Assembly (NCBI RefSeq): GCF_964188315.1
Contig: NC_135655.1
Coordinates: 85,436,001 to 85,500,000, forward strand
Origin: Podarcis muralis
Taxonomy: Eukaryota
DNA length: 64,000 nt
Direction of reading: 5' to 3'
Numbering within the stretch: the stretch's first letter is position 1; each line of letters begins with the position of its first letter. Shown piece by piece: positions 1 to 13,300 of the stretch. Made by a program: the position numbers and the translations under genes. The notes beneath the pieces were generated by a model. That model was not told the DNA's origin. It was given only the letters and a program-made list of their open reading frames with translations, and searched no databases.

Positions 1-143
1 AAGTACCCGACATGGTGTCCTCCAGATAATGTGGTCATCATCCCTGACCATTGGCCATGCTGGGAGGGAGGGAGTTGTAGTCCAAAGCATCTGGAGGGCA
101 CCACGTTGGCTACCCCCTGTTTTGGCGAATGCCTCTTCTCTAC

Positions 144-946
144 CTGTTTGATGTTGATACTCTCCAGGATACTTCCCGCTAGCTCCACAAGGAAGTGGGA
201 TAATCCTGTGTCACTGCAGAAGTTGTACAACAGCTCCGTGTCACAGCGGGTACCTAACAAGTTGCCAATAACATGGAGGGCAGGGCGAAGATGGGAAGCT
301 CCCTCCAGCATTCCCTCCAGCACCTGTATAAGGAAAAGGGGTAAATGTACATAGGACATACAACTCTTCCCCATACAGACCTTCCCCACACCCAGTGGCG
401 TAGCGTGGGTTGTCAGCACCCGGGGCAAGGCAAGTAATTTGCGCCCCCTAACCCATGGATTTGCGCCCCCTAACCTGTGGATTTGCGCCCATGGATTTGC
501 CCTAACCCCAGATGTTGCACCCGGTGCGGCCGGTCCCCCCTGCACCCCCCACACTACGCCACTGCCCACACCAATGCCTAAAGTGCTCTAGAAACACCAT
601 ACTAACTACTGATTCCACATTCACTCTGTCTTCAACAGCATCACAGCACTCTTGCCATCCCAAAATCCATCCATGAGATGTTGCTCCCAACTAAAGAGTT
701 AATGACATGCCCAGCTTCCTTTCTAGGATCCACACATTTTTATAAGACCTCTATACCCTGTCAAGTCTTAAGAGTCTCCATCTTTCCAAGCTGTCCCTAG
801 TCTCTATGTATGTGGCTCACCATGTACTAGCTGAAAGGCCAAAACTACCAAAGGAATTCAACAAGTTTCCACCAGTTTCTTTCCTCTTCTCTCTGTAGGA
901 AATCTTGCTTAGCTTCTGAAGGACATACCCAGCATACAGCAAACAT

Positions 947-989
<43 letters not shown>

Positions 990-3900
990 AGCCCTTCCCT
1001 ACAACTCACCTGCCGACCAGAATCCTTGAGTCGGGCATGGATGCGCTGCACAAAAGCAGGGTCTCCCAGAAGGCTCAGTGGGGCACTCAGCTGCACATGG
1101 GCAGGATCTGTGGCATCTATCAAGTGCTGCCACTCCTCATCGCTATCCAACTCCTAAGAGGCAAGAGTGAGTCAGTGAGGACCACCACCATCAGAAAGCC
1201 AAGAGAGTACTTCCTTGCAACTATGCAAATGACTGTGGTACCTGGCCATGCGCTCACCTCAGTCTCCAGATCCACAGTGTCAATGCTGCGTCTGCCTCGT
1301 GCTTCTGCTCTGCCACTTTCTGGCCTCAGCTCTGGGAATTCCCGCTCGTAATCCTGTGTGATCCGATTCTCTCTGTCCATGAAGAAGAGGGATGAGAGGC
1401 TGAAGGCAGGCTACACAGCAATGAAATGTTCTCACCCCAGCTTTGGTTTTCTCTTGTAAAGGACCCCTGGATGGTTAAGTCCAGTCAAATGGAGTGCAGA
1501 ACTCCGACTATGGAGTGCAGCACTCATCTCACTTTCAGGCTGAGAGAGCCAGTGTTTGTCCGTAGACAGCTTTCCAGGTCATGTGGCCAGCATGACTAAA
1601 TCGCTTCTGGTGCAACGGGACACCATTAAGAGTGCCAGAGAGCACAGAAATGCCATTTACCTTCCCACCGCAGCAATACCTATTTATCTACTCACAATGG
1701 TATGCTTTCAAACTGCTAGGTTGGCAGAAGCTGGGACATATATATGTCAGCTAATTCAGTTGTTTCCAGTGTTGTCTTGGTCATTTGGTATTACTTAGAG
1801 CAACAGTATCTCTATCTGAAAATCCTGCAGGCTGGAACTTACGTTTCTATGTATAACTTTGTCCAGAGCTGTTTTGCTGAGCCTATGACTTCTACAGCAG
1901 TAAAAGATTTGGACCTTACTCTGATTCTGTGTGGTGTCTGGTACTGCCAGCTTTAGATCCACACTTCCCTTGCACGTGTATCATATACCACATTCCCAAC
2001 AAAATAAATGCATTTCAACTCCTTCTTCTCACCGAGGTGTGGGGGAAGATTCCTTTTGCTCCCACTCCATTCCCTTTCCTCCAAGGCTAAGGTGCCTCTC
2101 TTCTCCAGTGCCAGGAGCTGCCCGATTCACTTCTCTGGGATCTGTCTGAGCAAGGCAGGCTTTGCGTGTGTGGCTCTGGACCCCCTTGGGGGTTTCTTCC
2201 TTAAACGAAGCCCTGGATTTCCCCATCTCCTGTAAGAAGTCAAGCAACACAGGAAGATTCTAATGGACTGGACCCCACCATACTGTAAGTCGCCTTGCCA
2301 GCAATGGTATTACCTGCCTCTCACCTTTCTCCGAGCCTCCTGGGCCATCTTCTGCCGTGCTTTCCTCAAGATCTTTGACTGGCCACTGTGAGGGGCCAGC
2401 GAGTGTGTCTGCTGCTCTTTCAGGGCCTGCAGTTCAGGAGGCAGTTTGCTGGTGAAAGGGTTGGTAATGCCTTGATCTGCTGTGTCATCAATTACTGCAA
2501 AAGAGAAGGTCGGTGACTGGGCTTGCTTGAATTGGGCTCTGTAAGGAAAGGCAGATGCAGGAGCCAGATGGGAGGAAATTGCAAGTAAGCATGGCAGCTG
2601 GTACTCACCAGTGACCAGCCCTGCAATGAAGGGGTGATAGAGTAGCTCTGGCCAGGACAGGCGCTGCCGAGGGTCTTTCATCAACAGGCCTTGCAAGAAG
2701 CTCTACACAGTAATGAGAGATGGTCACTTGCACATCCTCACACTACTTATAGTCTATAACCCCAGCTGCTAATTTTACAAGGAAAACCTTGGAGCCAATG
2801 AAATTCCTTGGTCGCTGTGGGAAGAGTCTATTCAATCCATGCATACAAAAAGCACATTTTCCAGAATGTTCCCATTTTTTTCATTTTTAAGTTTCTAGCG
2901 CTGAAGATTACTGAAAAAAGTCTTGCAAACATGGCTGCATATTCTGCCTTAAGAAAGAAACCTGGTGGCCCCAATACCACCAAAACATGTTTGCACACAG
3001 AACTACATTCTTTGGCACAGATGTAGCAATGTGGTGTCCTTCAGACATTGTGGATAACATTTCCGTAACCACTGGCCATGCTGGCTGTGGCTGATGCAGT
3101 CAAAATTATTGGGGGGGCATCCCTGCCTTAGCAAGTACACTCATCCCAGTCTAATCCCCACAGGCAGTGGGGTAGGATAAGGATTGGAGAATGCACTTAA
3201 AAACTGTATTTCTACCTTTCAGACATACACACCAACAGTGTGAAAGAGGCCAAGTGGCATGAGTGAACAAAATCTAAGGTGTTCAAGCTTCCAAGGAGAG
3301 AACAAACTCAAACCACAGATACATACAGTGTAATGCCAGAGATACAGATAGCTGAGTTTGAGTCATGGGAAACCCAAAAGTATAAGCTTCTAGAGCAAAA
3401 TATATCTCTTATGGCCCTTAGCAGGGCAATGTACCTTACAGGGCTCTTGTGTGTGGATCAAATGAGACTAAAGAAGCAATGCATCTAAACCTGCCCTGAG
3501 ATCATTGGATGGAGTGTGGACGGCATTTAAGTACAGTTACCTTGAAGTTGGAGCTCATGTTTTTTGGCCACTTGATGGGGTCCTTGATGATCAAGCTCAC
3601 CAACTGGAAGATGCTGTTGGTGTAGAAGGGTGGTGTCCCCACACACAGCTCATACAGAATGCATCCCACTGACCAGAGGTCAGCTGTGTGGTCATAGGGT
3701 TTCTCTTCCACTAGCTCAGGCGCCATATACAGTGGAGTGCCTTTTATAGATGTCAGCACCATGGTGTGAATACTCATTGCACGGGCAAACCTTCCCAGGA
3801 AAGAAAGAAGACAACAACTGAGACCTTTCAGTAATGAGACCAGAGATTGGTTGGGGAGATCAGTTCTTAACATACCTACCCAAAGTCACAGAGCTTGATC

Positions 3901-5761
3901 ACTCCTCCTTTCCCAAGAAGGATGTTTTGGGGTTTCATGTCGCGGTGCAAGATTCGGTGGGAGTGCAGATAATAGAGCGCCGAGACCAACTGAGAGGCAA
4001 TATCTTGCACCTGAAAGAAAATGACAACCCTGATACTTTGCAAAGCCCATTTAATCCTGTAGGGATGCTCCACATCTCCAGCATAAAACTTCCATTCCTT
4101 TTTGTTATCTTTGCTGATGCCCCTCAATTGTGAATCACAAGTCCTTCCCCAACACACAGAAATCTACTTGTATTATCCTAAGACAATTAGATCTATTTTT
4201 ATCCTTGAGGGCAGCAGAGAGCAAGCATTTCCACTCTTCTATGTACCCTTCAGGTATTTGAAGACTGCAATCATGTCCATCTGCTGCTAGACTTCTCTTC
4301 TCCAGATTCAACGCTAGTTCAAAACACATATGTTCACTCAGGCATCACTTGAAGTGTGACTCCAGATATTCTTATTTATTTAGGATAAGGGCTGTAGCTC
4401 AGTGGTAGAGCTTTGCATACAGAAGGTCCCAGGTTCAATCCTCAGCATCTGGGAATGTCCCTTGTCTAGAACACTGGAGAGTCACTGCCAGTCAAAGCAG
4501 ACATAACTGAACTAGATGGACTAATGGTTTGACTCAAGGCAGCTTCCTATCTTCTTATCAATAATCATGGTGAATTTTATACTGAGTATGTAATGTTTTA
4601 TGGTTTATTGTGTTTTTATATTGTACCATACACCACTTTTGATATTCCAATTTGAGCAATATATAAATTGGTTAAAAAAATTAATAAACAAAAAGACATA
4701 CAGTACCAACTTCCTTAAACCTTTCCTTGATTTAAGCTGCTCTAATATCATCCCTGGTATCAAATTCAGAGGGATGGGTCTCTAGTTTCTCAGATCATCT
4801 TTTTAAAAATTAGGACTGTCTTGTAAGCACCTCAGTCACTATTCCAGGAAATCTAACAGGTTCATGTCAAAGTACACAGCTGGAGGGTTTATGGCCTAGC
4901 AAAGACTGACACCTACCCACACTCCAGCTACTCTCCCATTCCTGGAGTCATTCATCACACTGAATCCCCACTCACTCTTCTTGTCATAGTTACCTGCTCC
5001 TCAGGCAAGTTCCCATCATCCTCAAGGATCTGAAAAAGCTCCCCTTCAGCATAATCTGTCACTACCACAACCTGAAGGAGATAAACAAGACCAGAATGCC
5101 AATGAGAACATTTTCAAAGATGGGACACTTGTGGGTAGGGAATGACAATCTGACTAAGCTCTCTGTGCTGTTTGAAGCCAACAGGAAACCACCATCAAAA
5201 GAAGAGTGTGCAGCAGCTACCAACACATTCTTATTTGATGAAGGTGCCTATGGAGAGCTCCAAACTCTAAGTGTGTTGGGACATTCTTTGGATATTGTCA
5301 TTCTGCTGATAGGTCTTGGCAGGTTAATTGCCTGATGCAGCCTCATGAACCAATAGGCTTGATGTGGCAATCCAAACTTCCACAGACAAGATGTGTAATT
5401 TAGATAGCTGTTACCAAAATGGATAAATTTTAGTTCACTCCTCCTAGGTACTCATTGAGACATCTGGAGAACACCATATAACCTAAACTCCATCAAACAA
5501 AATGTAGCCATTTTCAGGCCTTTCTGCTTCTTGGGGGACTTTCCACAGAGCCAGGAAGACACCATTTTCTTCTTCACCTCCCACATTTAAAAAGGACTCC
5601 CAGCAAGTCCCTTACCTCTTTATCAGTTTCAAAACTGTCAAGCATCTGGACAATGTTGGGATGATGAAGCCCCCTCATGATCTCAATCTCTCGCTGCAAA
5701 TTCTTCAGCTCTTTCTGTGAGCGACCCACTTTAGGGATAAACTTCAAGGCCACCACCTGCC

Positions 5762-5800
<39 letters not shown>

Positions 5801-6067
5801 TAAAGGCTGGAAATGGGTCATACACTACTTTCCCCTCTGTTTGTCCCTGAAAAACTCACTGTGAAACAATGACCACTGCAGGCTCAGGAACAGACTTCTT
5901 ATATAGCAATCTTTGGAAACAAATCTCCCTAAATTAACTCTCCTGTTGATGAGGTCCATCCCCCTGTTCCCTTGTGCTCTTACCTGTGCACTGTATTTGC
6001 GACGCCCCTTGTAAACTCTTCCAAAAGAGCCTTCACCAATCATCTCCAAGACATGATACTTCTCCAT
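144..6067 (-). CDS. STK36: Serine/threonine kinase 36 (Fused homolog), 5' part; gene continues beyond the window start
   Basis: Ten phase-consistent GT-AG exons on the - strand: 6067-5984, 5756-5616, 5071-4994, 4010-3880, 3790-3541, 2702-2609, 2494-2325, 2229-2033, 1372-1258, 1153-1010, then 323-144 (eleven segments in total). Translation [69 protein letters not shown] matches the Fused/STK36 kinase domain; position head-to-head with RNF25 fits known synteny. Confidence 0.96.
393..564. mobile_element. hAT-type MITE in an STK36 intron
   Basis: Terminal inverted repeats CAGTGGCGTAG(C/T)GTGG...CCACACTACGCCACTG; perfect 8-bp flanking duplication CCCACACC at 385-392 and 565-572. An 8-bp TSD is the hAT hallmark. 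Confidence 0.85.
950..987. repeat. (GT)19 microsatellite
   Basis: Directly visible in the sequence. Confidence 0.95.
1457..1737 (-). mobile_element. Older, diverged Sauria (Squam1-type) SINE fragment
   Basis: Shares diagnostic blocks (gtcatgtggccagcatgac, tttaccttcc, cctatttatctact, actgctaggttggcag) with the young copy at 23951-24311. Confidence 0.7.
4389..4552 (+). mobile_element. tRNA-derived SINE (Squam3-like)
   Basis: A-box-like ggctgtagctcagtggtagagc and B-box-like ggttcaatcc, followed by a non-tRNA body ending aaggcagcttcctat. Family name from recall. Confidence 0.6.
5762..5800. repeat. (AAT)13 microsatellite abutting an STK36 splice acceptor
   Basis: Directly visible; reads (ATT)13-GGCAG|GTG on the - strand. 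Confidence 0.95.
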
Positions 6068-6899
6068 GATGGGAATGTGGAGAGGGGTGGGTATTAATCT
6101 GAAAGGGCAGAGACAAGAGATTAAGTTAAACATGAACAGTAAATGAAAAATGTAAGCACAATGGCAAAGCATGTCAATTCACAATACCATTTTGCAAAAT
6201 TATTATTATTATTTATTATATTTGTATACCTCCCTTCATCTGAAGATCCCAAGGCTGTTCACAACAGAAAAATGCAAAATAAGCATACAAATCATACACA
6301 TGTGGTCAAAACCAAGAATCAAAAAGAAAAAAGGGAGCAAAGCAGTCAGAAAAGGTTGGGGAAAGGGGAATAGACTCTGTCAAAGCCAATATGGCATGCA
6401 TATCAGGCAGACAGCTCTAAAGAGGGGTCCCAGATCTCAGAATAGTTGTGCTTTTTGCATCTCCAGGCAAAAGCGGTTTTTTTCACGTGATGCATGAGAA
6501 GAAAGCCCTCCAACCAAGAAGCTATTGGAGGAGATATCAAGTCCTTGCAATGCTGTAAAACCAGTCGCTTAGCCACCCATAAAGCATGCAAGTTCCAGGA
6601 CATTAGGATATAACCGAGCCATCCATGACCATCCAAATATTTCAGGGACAGTCTCATAACAAAATTAATTTGAGCAAGCACCTTCACCGAAAAAGAAGCC
6701 AATGCAAGGCATGTTTTTAATGCTTCCCAAGAAAAAAGTTAAGGCACCCCGGCTCCAAAGTGCCCATCAGGAGTCCATCAACACACACAGTCTTTTTAGC
6801 CATCTTCTTGCCTGCACAACTCTCCGAATCCCTTTTGCTATACTGTATAAAGTCCTCACCCGGCCACGGCGTCTTGAGGAGCCTCCTAAGGCGACGATC

Positions 6900-7300
6900 C
6901 TACGCCCACTTACTTAGGAGTAAGCTCCACAAAAGTGAAATGGGGCAGAGAAATGCACACAAGGTCGGGCTGTGCGCTGCAGCCCGACACCGGCTCCTTC
7001 GCCTCAGCCTCCTCCTTCCAGGTCAATGCAGAGGAAGGACAGAAGCACCCACGTCCCACCCGCTCCGTCTGACAAAGCCTTTGCCGCGCTGAGCCCCGGC
7101 GGGGGCCGTTGGAACCCGGCGGCTCGAGAGTAGGGCGGGGCGGATGGAGGCTAGTTATCAGCGCAGGCCCCGCGCAACGGCGTCTCCCGGCTGCTGCCTA
7201 GCAACCCTCAGCGCCGGAAGAGAACCCGGCAAGCATTCCAAAGCGGTTGAGTTTCCGGGCCTGTCAAGATGGCGGCGACCGGCGACAGCGAGGAGCAGGA
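6900..7300. promoter_or_regulatory. CpG-rich bidirectional promoter of STK36 and RNF25
   Basis: GC/CpG-rich tract between the divergent start codons. RFX X-box-like GCTGCCTAGCAAC at 7193-7205, ETS-like CCGGAAG near 7214, YY1-like AAGATGGCGGC overlapping the RNF25 ATG. Motif calls are by consensus only. Confidence 0.7.
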
Positions 7301-10300
7301 GGAGTTGGCTGCGGATTGGTAAGGGAGCGGTTCGGCCTTGTGTGTCCTCCTTTCTCTCTCAGCGGAAGGCAGATGAGCAAATGGCTGGCGTACCCTTTCC
7401 TCCTCTGTTTTCTGTAGCCCAGGCCATCTCTTCACGAAGGAATTTTTTTGTTTCTTCGTTCGTCTTGTTCTTATGTAATGTTCGACATGTACGATGTGGT
7501 TCGTCATCTTCCTGGGTCTCGTCACAACAGGGAGTGAGCTAGCACACGACCCCCCCGCCCCCCGCGCGCTATTTCTGAGGGTAGGGGGCTGAGAGAGAAA
7601 GGCAGCGCCCAGTAGCCGAACAAGCAGCGATATGAATCTTATATCCAAGCCAAGTGCAAAATCCACTCCCTGGGCCAATCCTGTTCCTCCTCGCCCTTTG
7701 GTCTTCTAGCAGGGTTGGTTGTTGTTGTTGGTTGTTTTTTTTAGAAACTCCTTATGAAAAACTGTAGATAGAGAAATAAATGCCTTCTCTTTACCGCACA
7801 GTTACCTGGCTAGAAGCATATGCCAACTGAGATCTCTCCTCAGTCGGCTGCTGTTATGCCACTGGTTCCTTATGGATATTATGAAAAAATACTCCATGCA
7901 ACAATCTCACTCTCGGTTAGTATTACAGCTGTGTTTCTGCCCTTTGCAGTATGGAGCTGTGTCATTTTTCAGCCACAGAATCAAAACAGAAAGAGAATGA
8001 CAGCCTTTCTCAAGCATGGTAAACTACCCACTGTTGTGGGAATTGTGTGTAAGGTAAAATTCTGAGAAGTAGCCAGAGAGAAATGTTTTTGTGGTTTTCA
8101 TTATCACTGGCAGCAGCAAAGGTCTGCTAGTTTAGACTATGTGTTTCTGTCCTGCTCTGTACATACTGGGAAGTGCCAGTCCAGTCCCAGCAGGAAGAGG
8201 CTGATGTGCTTGATCTGAGCTGAATTGAACTTCCTGAGCATCAGCTAATGCATAGGAGTTCAATCCTGATTTCTATCTGCCCCATGCATAACATCATACA
8301 TGATGGACAGGAGAAACCTGAGGAAATTAGCCTTATATATAATATGATTTTTTTTTTCTTACTCAGGGCTCTGCCTTCAGAAGTGGAAGTCTTGGAGTCC
8401 ATTTACTTGGATGAGCTACATGTTTCTAAAGGAAACGGAAGGTAATTGCAACATTGTCAGATCCTTTGCTGGTTCTTTGTTTTAAAGTATTGATCACTCC
8501 TGTGATCTTGCATATGTCATTGTGGAACTTGATTCCTGGTTTAGAAGACTGTACCCTGTTTTTGGATTAGACTACAGTGTCCTGCACAAACTCGGAATGA
8601 ATTGCAACCCCTGATTCATGTTTGTTAATTTCCCAAAATATTAGTCACTTCTTTCCCCCCCCTCCTTGTATTTGATACTACCATTCTGAAATAGTTATCT
8701 TTGTAAAAATATGGGGTGGGGAGAATGGAAGGTCTGCATTATGCCTGCTTCAATCTTCTTTCAGCCTGAGAAAGGAAGGAATAACAACCCACCTGCATTA
8801 TCTCTCCTGTTCCATCTTCCTTTCATTTGACACCAGACCCTCACTTGAGCCTTTCTTCAACCCTAGGTCTGTGCCGTGGGAAATATCTATCACCCTTCAT
8901 CCAGCAACTGCAGAGGACCAGGAGTCTCAGTACGTCTGCTTAACCTTGGTGCTATCCGTGCCTCTTCAGGTAAAGCCTTGTATGACCTGAGTGACTGTTT
9001 TGCTATATAACACTTTAGCATGGCTGTACTACTCATTTTGACTTGGCTTTGTTTCTTATTAGTATCCAAATGAAGTGCCAAAGATAGCCATCCAGAATCC
9101 TCGAGGGCTGTCAGATGAGCAAATCCAAAAGTAAGTGTATTATGCAAACTCTTTCCAGTTCAGTGCAAGAAGTAAGGTTTTCTTTGTTTCAGTCTGTCAC
9201 ACTTTTAATGGAAAGTGTGGGGAGGTGGGAGCTTCTTTATATTGTGTTCCACCTGCCCAATGATCTTATGTGGAATATGTATTATGCAGCTGTTCTCTTA
9301 ATTTAGAGCTGTGCTGTGAAGGCTGTTGCTATGTTACTAACATTGGGAGCATGAGGAATGAGGTTACAAACAAGACTGGAAGTTCTAATCATGTATGCAA
9401 CATGTTTGGGTACATATAAATTAATTATGGTGTTTGTGTGTAAAATTGGCATTGGGAGAATACATGTTAAATGAGATCTTTCCCTTAAAAGTTATTGATA
9501 GGTGGACAAAATTAAGAGATGAGAGGCAATGCATCTTGGTACATTACTGTATCAGAAATGCAGCATCTTCATCCAAAACAAAGTCCCAGCTTCTGTGGCT
9601 CTTTACACCTGGCTTACTAGAACCTGCTTTCCCTTCCCTGCTTTCCCTTGCCCTAGAAGGGCTTCAAGCTGCTTTTTCAATTTCAGTCTGGTACCACTTC
9701 CTTCTAATTTGTACTGAAGTAGCTACTGTGTCCGATGAGATACTGGGTGAGAGGTTGGCGCCCATCCTGTGTTGGTGTTGAGATTGCTATTGCAAGTGGC
9801 TGATTCAGCCACTCCAGTTCTTGCCATCTCACTTCCCTGGACATCTATTCTAGCCTTTCTCCTTACCTTGCCCCCTTTTTTGCCTCCATTTTAGGATTTC
9901 CCAGACACTACAATGTACTGCTGAGGCCCAGCTGGGTACAGCTATGTTATATGAGCTAATAGAGGTAAGAGAACAGAAAGGGGAGGCAGGCTGTCCAGAC
10001 CTATGGCTTGGGCTGTTGCGCCTTTATTGTGTGAAATGACAAACTGACCCTCTCTGTCTTCACAGAAGGGAAAGGAAATTCTTACAGACAACAACATCCC
10101 TCATGGGCAGTGTGTGATTTGCCTGTATGGCTTTCTGGTAAGGGCATGCTGGATTGGCATCTTGTTTTCATTTGTGGGGAGCCATAGGGAATAAAAGCAC
10201 TAATATAAGGAGGTGGAAGAATGAGGTGAAGCTGGGACTCACTCAAAAAGGAAGGAAAAGGGAATGGGAACTTGTTGGGATGTCTCTAGATCCCTTCCTT

Positions 10301-13300
10301 AGTGCTGTGTTGTATTCTGTTCTGCAAAAGTGTGTGCATGTGTCCCCATAGTGGGAAGAGGAGTAACAGTGGGAATGGGGTGCAAAAAGCCCCTGTTAAT
10401 GTGATTGTTTGAATCTGAGCCAGCATCCACATATATTACTGTACATATGAATTGAATTGAAATTGGAATGAATGGGAATTATTATTTCAATGTATGCTGA
10501 AAACGCACAGTGTAGCTGATTTGTATTAATAGGAATCTCTTCCTTCCCCTGTGCAGGAAAACGAAGCTTTCACTAAGACACCATGCTACCACTACTTTCA
10601 CTCACGTTGCCTTGCCAGTTATACAGAGCATATGGAGGAAGAGATCCGTGCAGAGAGGAAAGAAAGAGTACAGCCTTTGGCACCTCTGCCCAAAGAGGTA
10701 ATAGCTCCTTGCATGCACCCCACAGCTGCTTCTAGAACTTCACCAACTTTTTCCTCCAGGAATGGCTTCTGAATCTGGATCAACATTTCCAGTTCATTTT
10801 GGTTATTAGTTACGGCGTTGAGAGCTGTGGACAAGATTTTCCCAGATCAATGTTAAAATGGTTTTCCATGGTTCAGTGCTGTGCATACGTTCGCATTTGC
10901 AAGTTATTTTGTCTACAGAGAACAAAATGTTAAGTGATGTGTAAAGTCTGGGAATCTAGTTAAAGACCAGAGGAGATGGTCAACATATCTTCCTTTGCTT
11001 CAAATACTAAGGAACTGGGGTTCTGTAGATAAAGGCAATCTTCACAGCTGCAGTACAAGTGACCAAAAAGTATACTCACGTTATATCTTCTTGAACACCT
11101 GTGTTGGTGTGTTTCCTGGTGGTAAAGATTGTGAATGGACTACAACATACACAAAAAAGCTTTGCCAAGAAACAAAAGTTATCTTCCTCCACTCCCAAAC
11201 AATAGAATAGTTCTGAGGGCAGGGTTGCTAGTGGTGAATCTTCACTCTGAGATAATTTTTGCACTAGCTTTGATGCAAGTTGTGATTGCATTAGGAAGGC
11301 CCAGTAGCATCTTATAAAAGAGAACACTTTACTGGTGGATGTTTATAGAATGAAATTAATTACCGTATTTTTCGCTCTATAAGACATACTTTTCCCCTCC
11401 TAAAAAGTAATGGGAAATGTGTGTGCGTCTTATGGAGCACATGAATGCAGGCTGCGCAGCTGTCGCTGAAGCCAGGAGAGCAAGAGGGATTGGTGCGCAC
11501 CAATCCCTCTTGCTCTCCTGGCTTCAGGGACAGCTCCGCAAAGCCTCCTGAGCACAGTGGGGGCGCTCCTCCCGCTGCGCTCAGGAGGCTTTGTGTTGCT
11601 TTCTTGTTTTCCTCCTCTAAAAACTAGGTGCGTCTTATGGTCAGAGTGCGTCTTATAGAGTGAAAAATACGGTAAGTGCCCAGGAGGCTTGGATGATGAG
11701 CTCAGAATCCAGGCTGTCCCGTGACCTTTTAGTCAAACTGCACAACACTCTTCTGCCAATAACACTGTTGTTGAGTGCTAGAGCTCCCCAGGATGAGTAG
11801 CAGTTTATCAGGAAAATACTACTCTCTTAAGACACACTGGTGGAGTATGAGAACAGTAGCTGTATATCCCATGACTAGGTCTAACCAAGGCCGAATTTTG
11901 TTGTTATTACCTTCTGTACAGGAATTTGAAGTGCAGTGCCCTGTGTGCAGGGAGCCTCTGGTTTATGATCTTGCAACATTGCAAGCAGCACCACCTCCAC
12001 AGCAGCCAATGGTAAGGAAACTTTCAAAACAGACCTTTCACATGGACTTGCTGCTCTTTAAAAGATGCACCAGGCAGGCACCCTCTTGCTTCACTAATCT
12101 CTCTCACTTATTGGACCTGTTGGGCAACCCCATTTCTCCAAATGAGCTCTGTTAAGTGTTATTTCCAAATAATCATATACCTGGTGCTCTGTAGGCCTGC
12201 AGGTGGTTATGAGTTCTCTGTAGGCCTGCAGGTGGTTATGAGTCTTTCTTTTTGCCTGCCCCCCGGCAGCCCCTTTGCCCATCAGATCTGGAGGGTTGAG
12301 AGACCCAGAAGGCTCTGTTTGGGCCAGTCATCCAATTACATGCCTCTCTTTCCTCAGGAGGTGTACCAACCTGACACACAGACACTGCAGCACAGAGAAC
12401 AACTGCGCCTGATCTATCAGAAGCAGCAGGAGAAAGGAGGCATCATTGACCCTGAAGCAGAAAGAAATCGCTACTTCATCAGCCTGCAAAAGGTTAGTGC
12501 AGGCAGCAGGAGTACAAAGAGGATAATGGTCATAGGGAAAGAATGAAACAATGGAGGTAGCAATTTTTACTTGCTGAGACATCCTGTCTTGTAGCACAAG
12601 AGAGAGCTTTGATATTTGCATCCCAGGCAATTCTTTTAAAGTGCTGATGACTCTTGTTGCTGGCAATTTTGCAAGTTACTATAGGGAAAGATTTAAGCAG
12701 CAAAGCCTGGGGAAGACAGATGGGGTGACATCAATATATTAATTCCTGTGGGATCTTTGCCACTCAGACTGAGAATCAAGCCTGCTGGGTTTATGCATTT
12801 TCTGCCCTTCATTTTGGTTTCTATCCTTTTTAGCCCCCAGATACCACTGAACATGAACAAGTAGCCATCTCAGAAAATGTTCTGGATACTGACAAGGAAC
12901 TGAGGCCATCAGTCGGCTCAGAACATACCCAAGGAACTGCAGAGGCTGCTCTTCCAGTGAGGAATGAACCTGAAAAACCAGAGAGACCTTCTGTCCCTTT
13001 GCATTTCCATAGCAAGAGAGAGAGGACTCGAGAGGAGAAACCATCTATACAAGGCCCTGGCTGGCAGCTGCGCTACAAGTCACTGGAGACACCAGCAGAA
13101 ACTCATTGTCTTCTCACTGTTGAGGGGAAATCCAGAACCTTCAGTAGAAGACCCAACTGGAGAAAGGAGAGGGGACAGCGAAGCTGTGGGAGGTACAATC
13201 AAGACTTCTCAAAATCTTGCAGCAGAGACCAAGTGTCTTCACTGGTGGAGAAAAAAGAGCTGCGCACCAGAGGAATCTCACCAACCAAAGAGGGAATGTA

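Noticed and set aside
4389-4450. tRNA-like sequence
   Set aside because: It lacks a full cloverleaf and acceptor stem and continues into a SINE body, so it is not a tRNA gene.
12187-12243. 29-bp direct duplication ctctgtaggcctgcaggtggttatgagt in RNF25 intron 8
   Set aside because: A simple local tandem duplication; the AG/GT motifs are too weak to argue for an exon.
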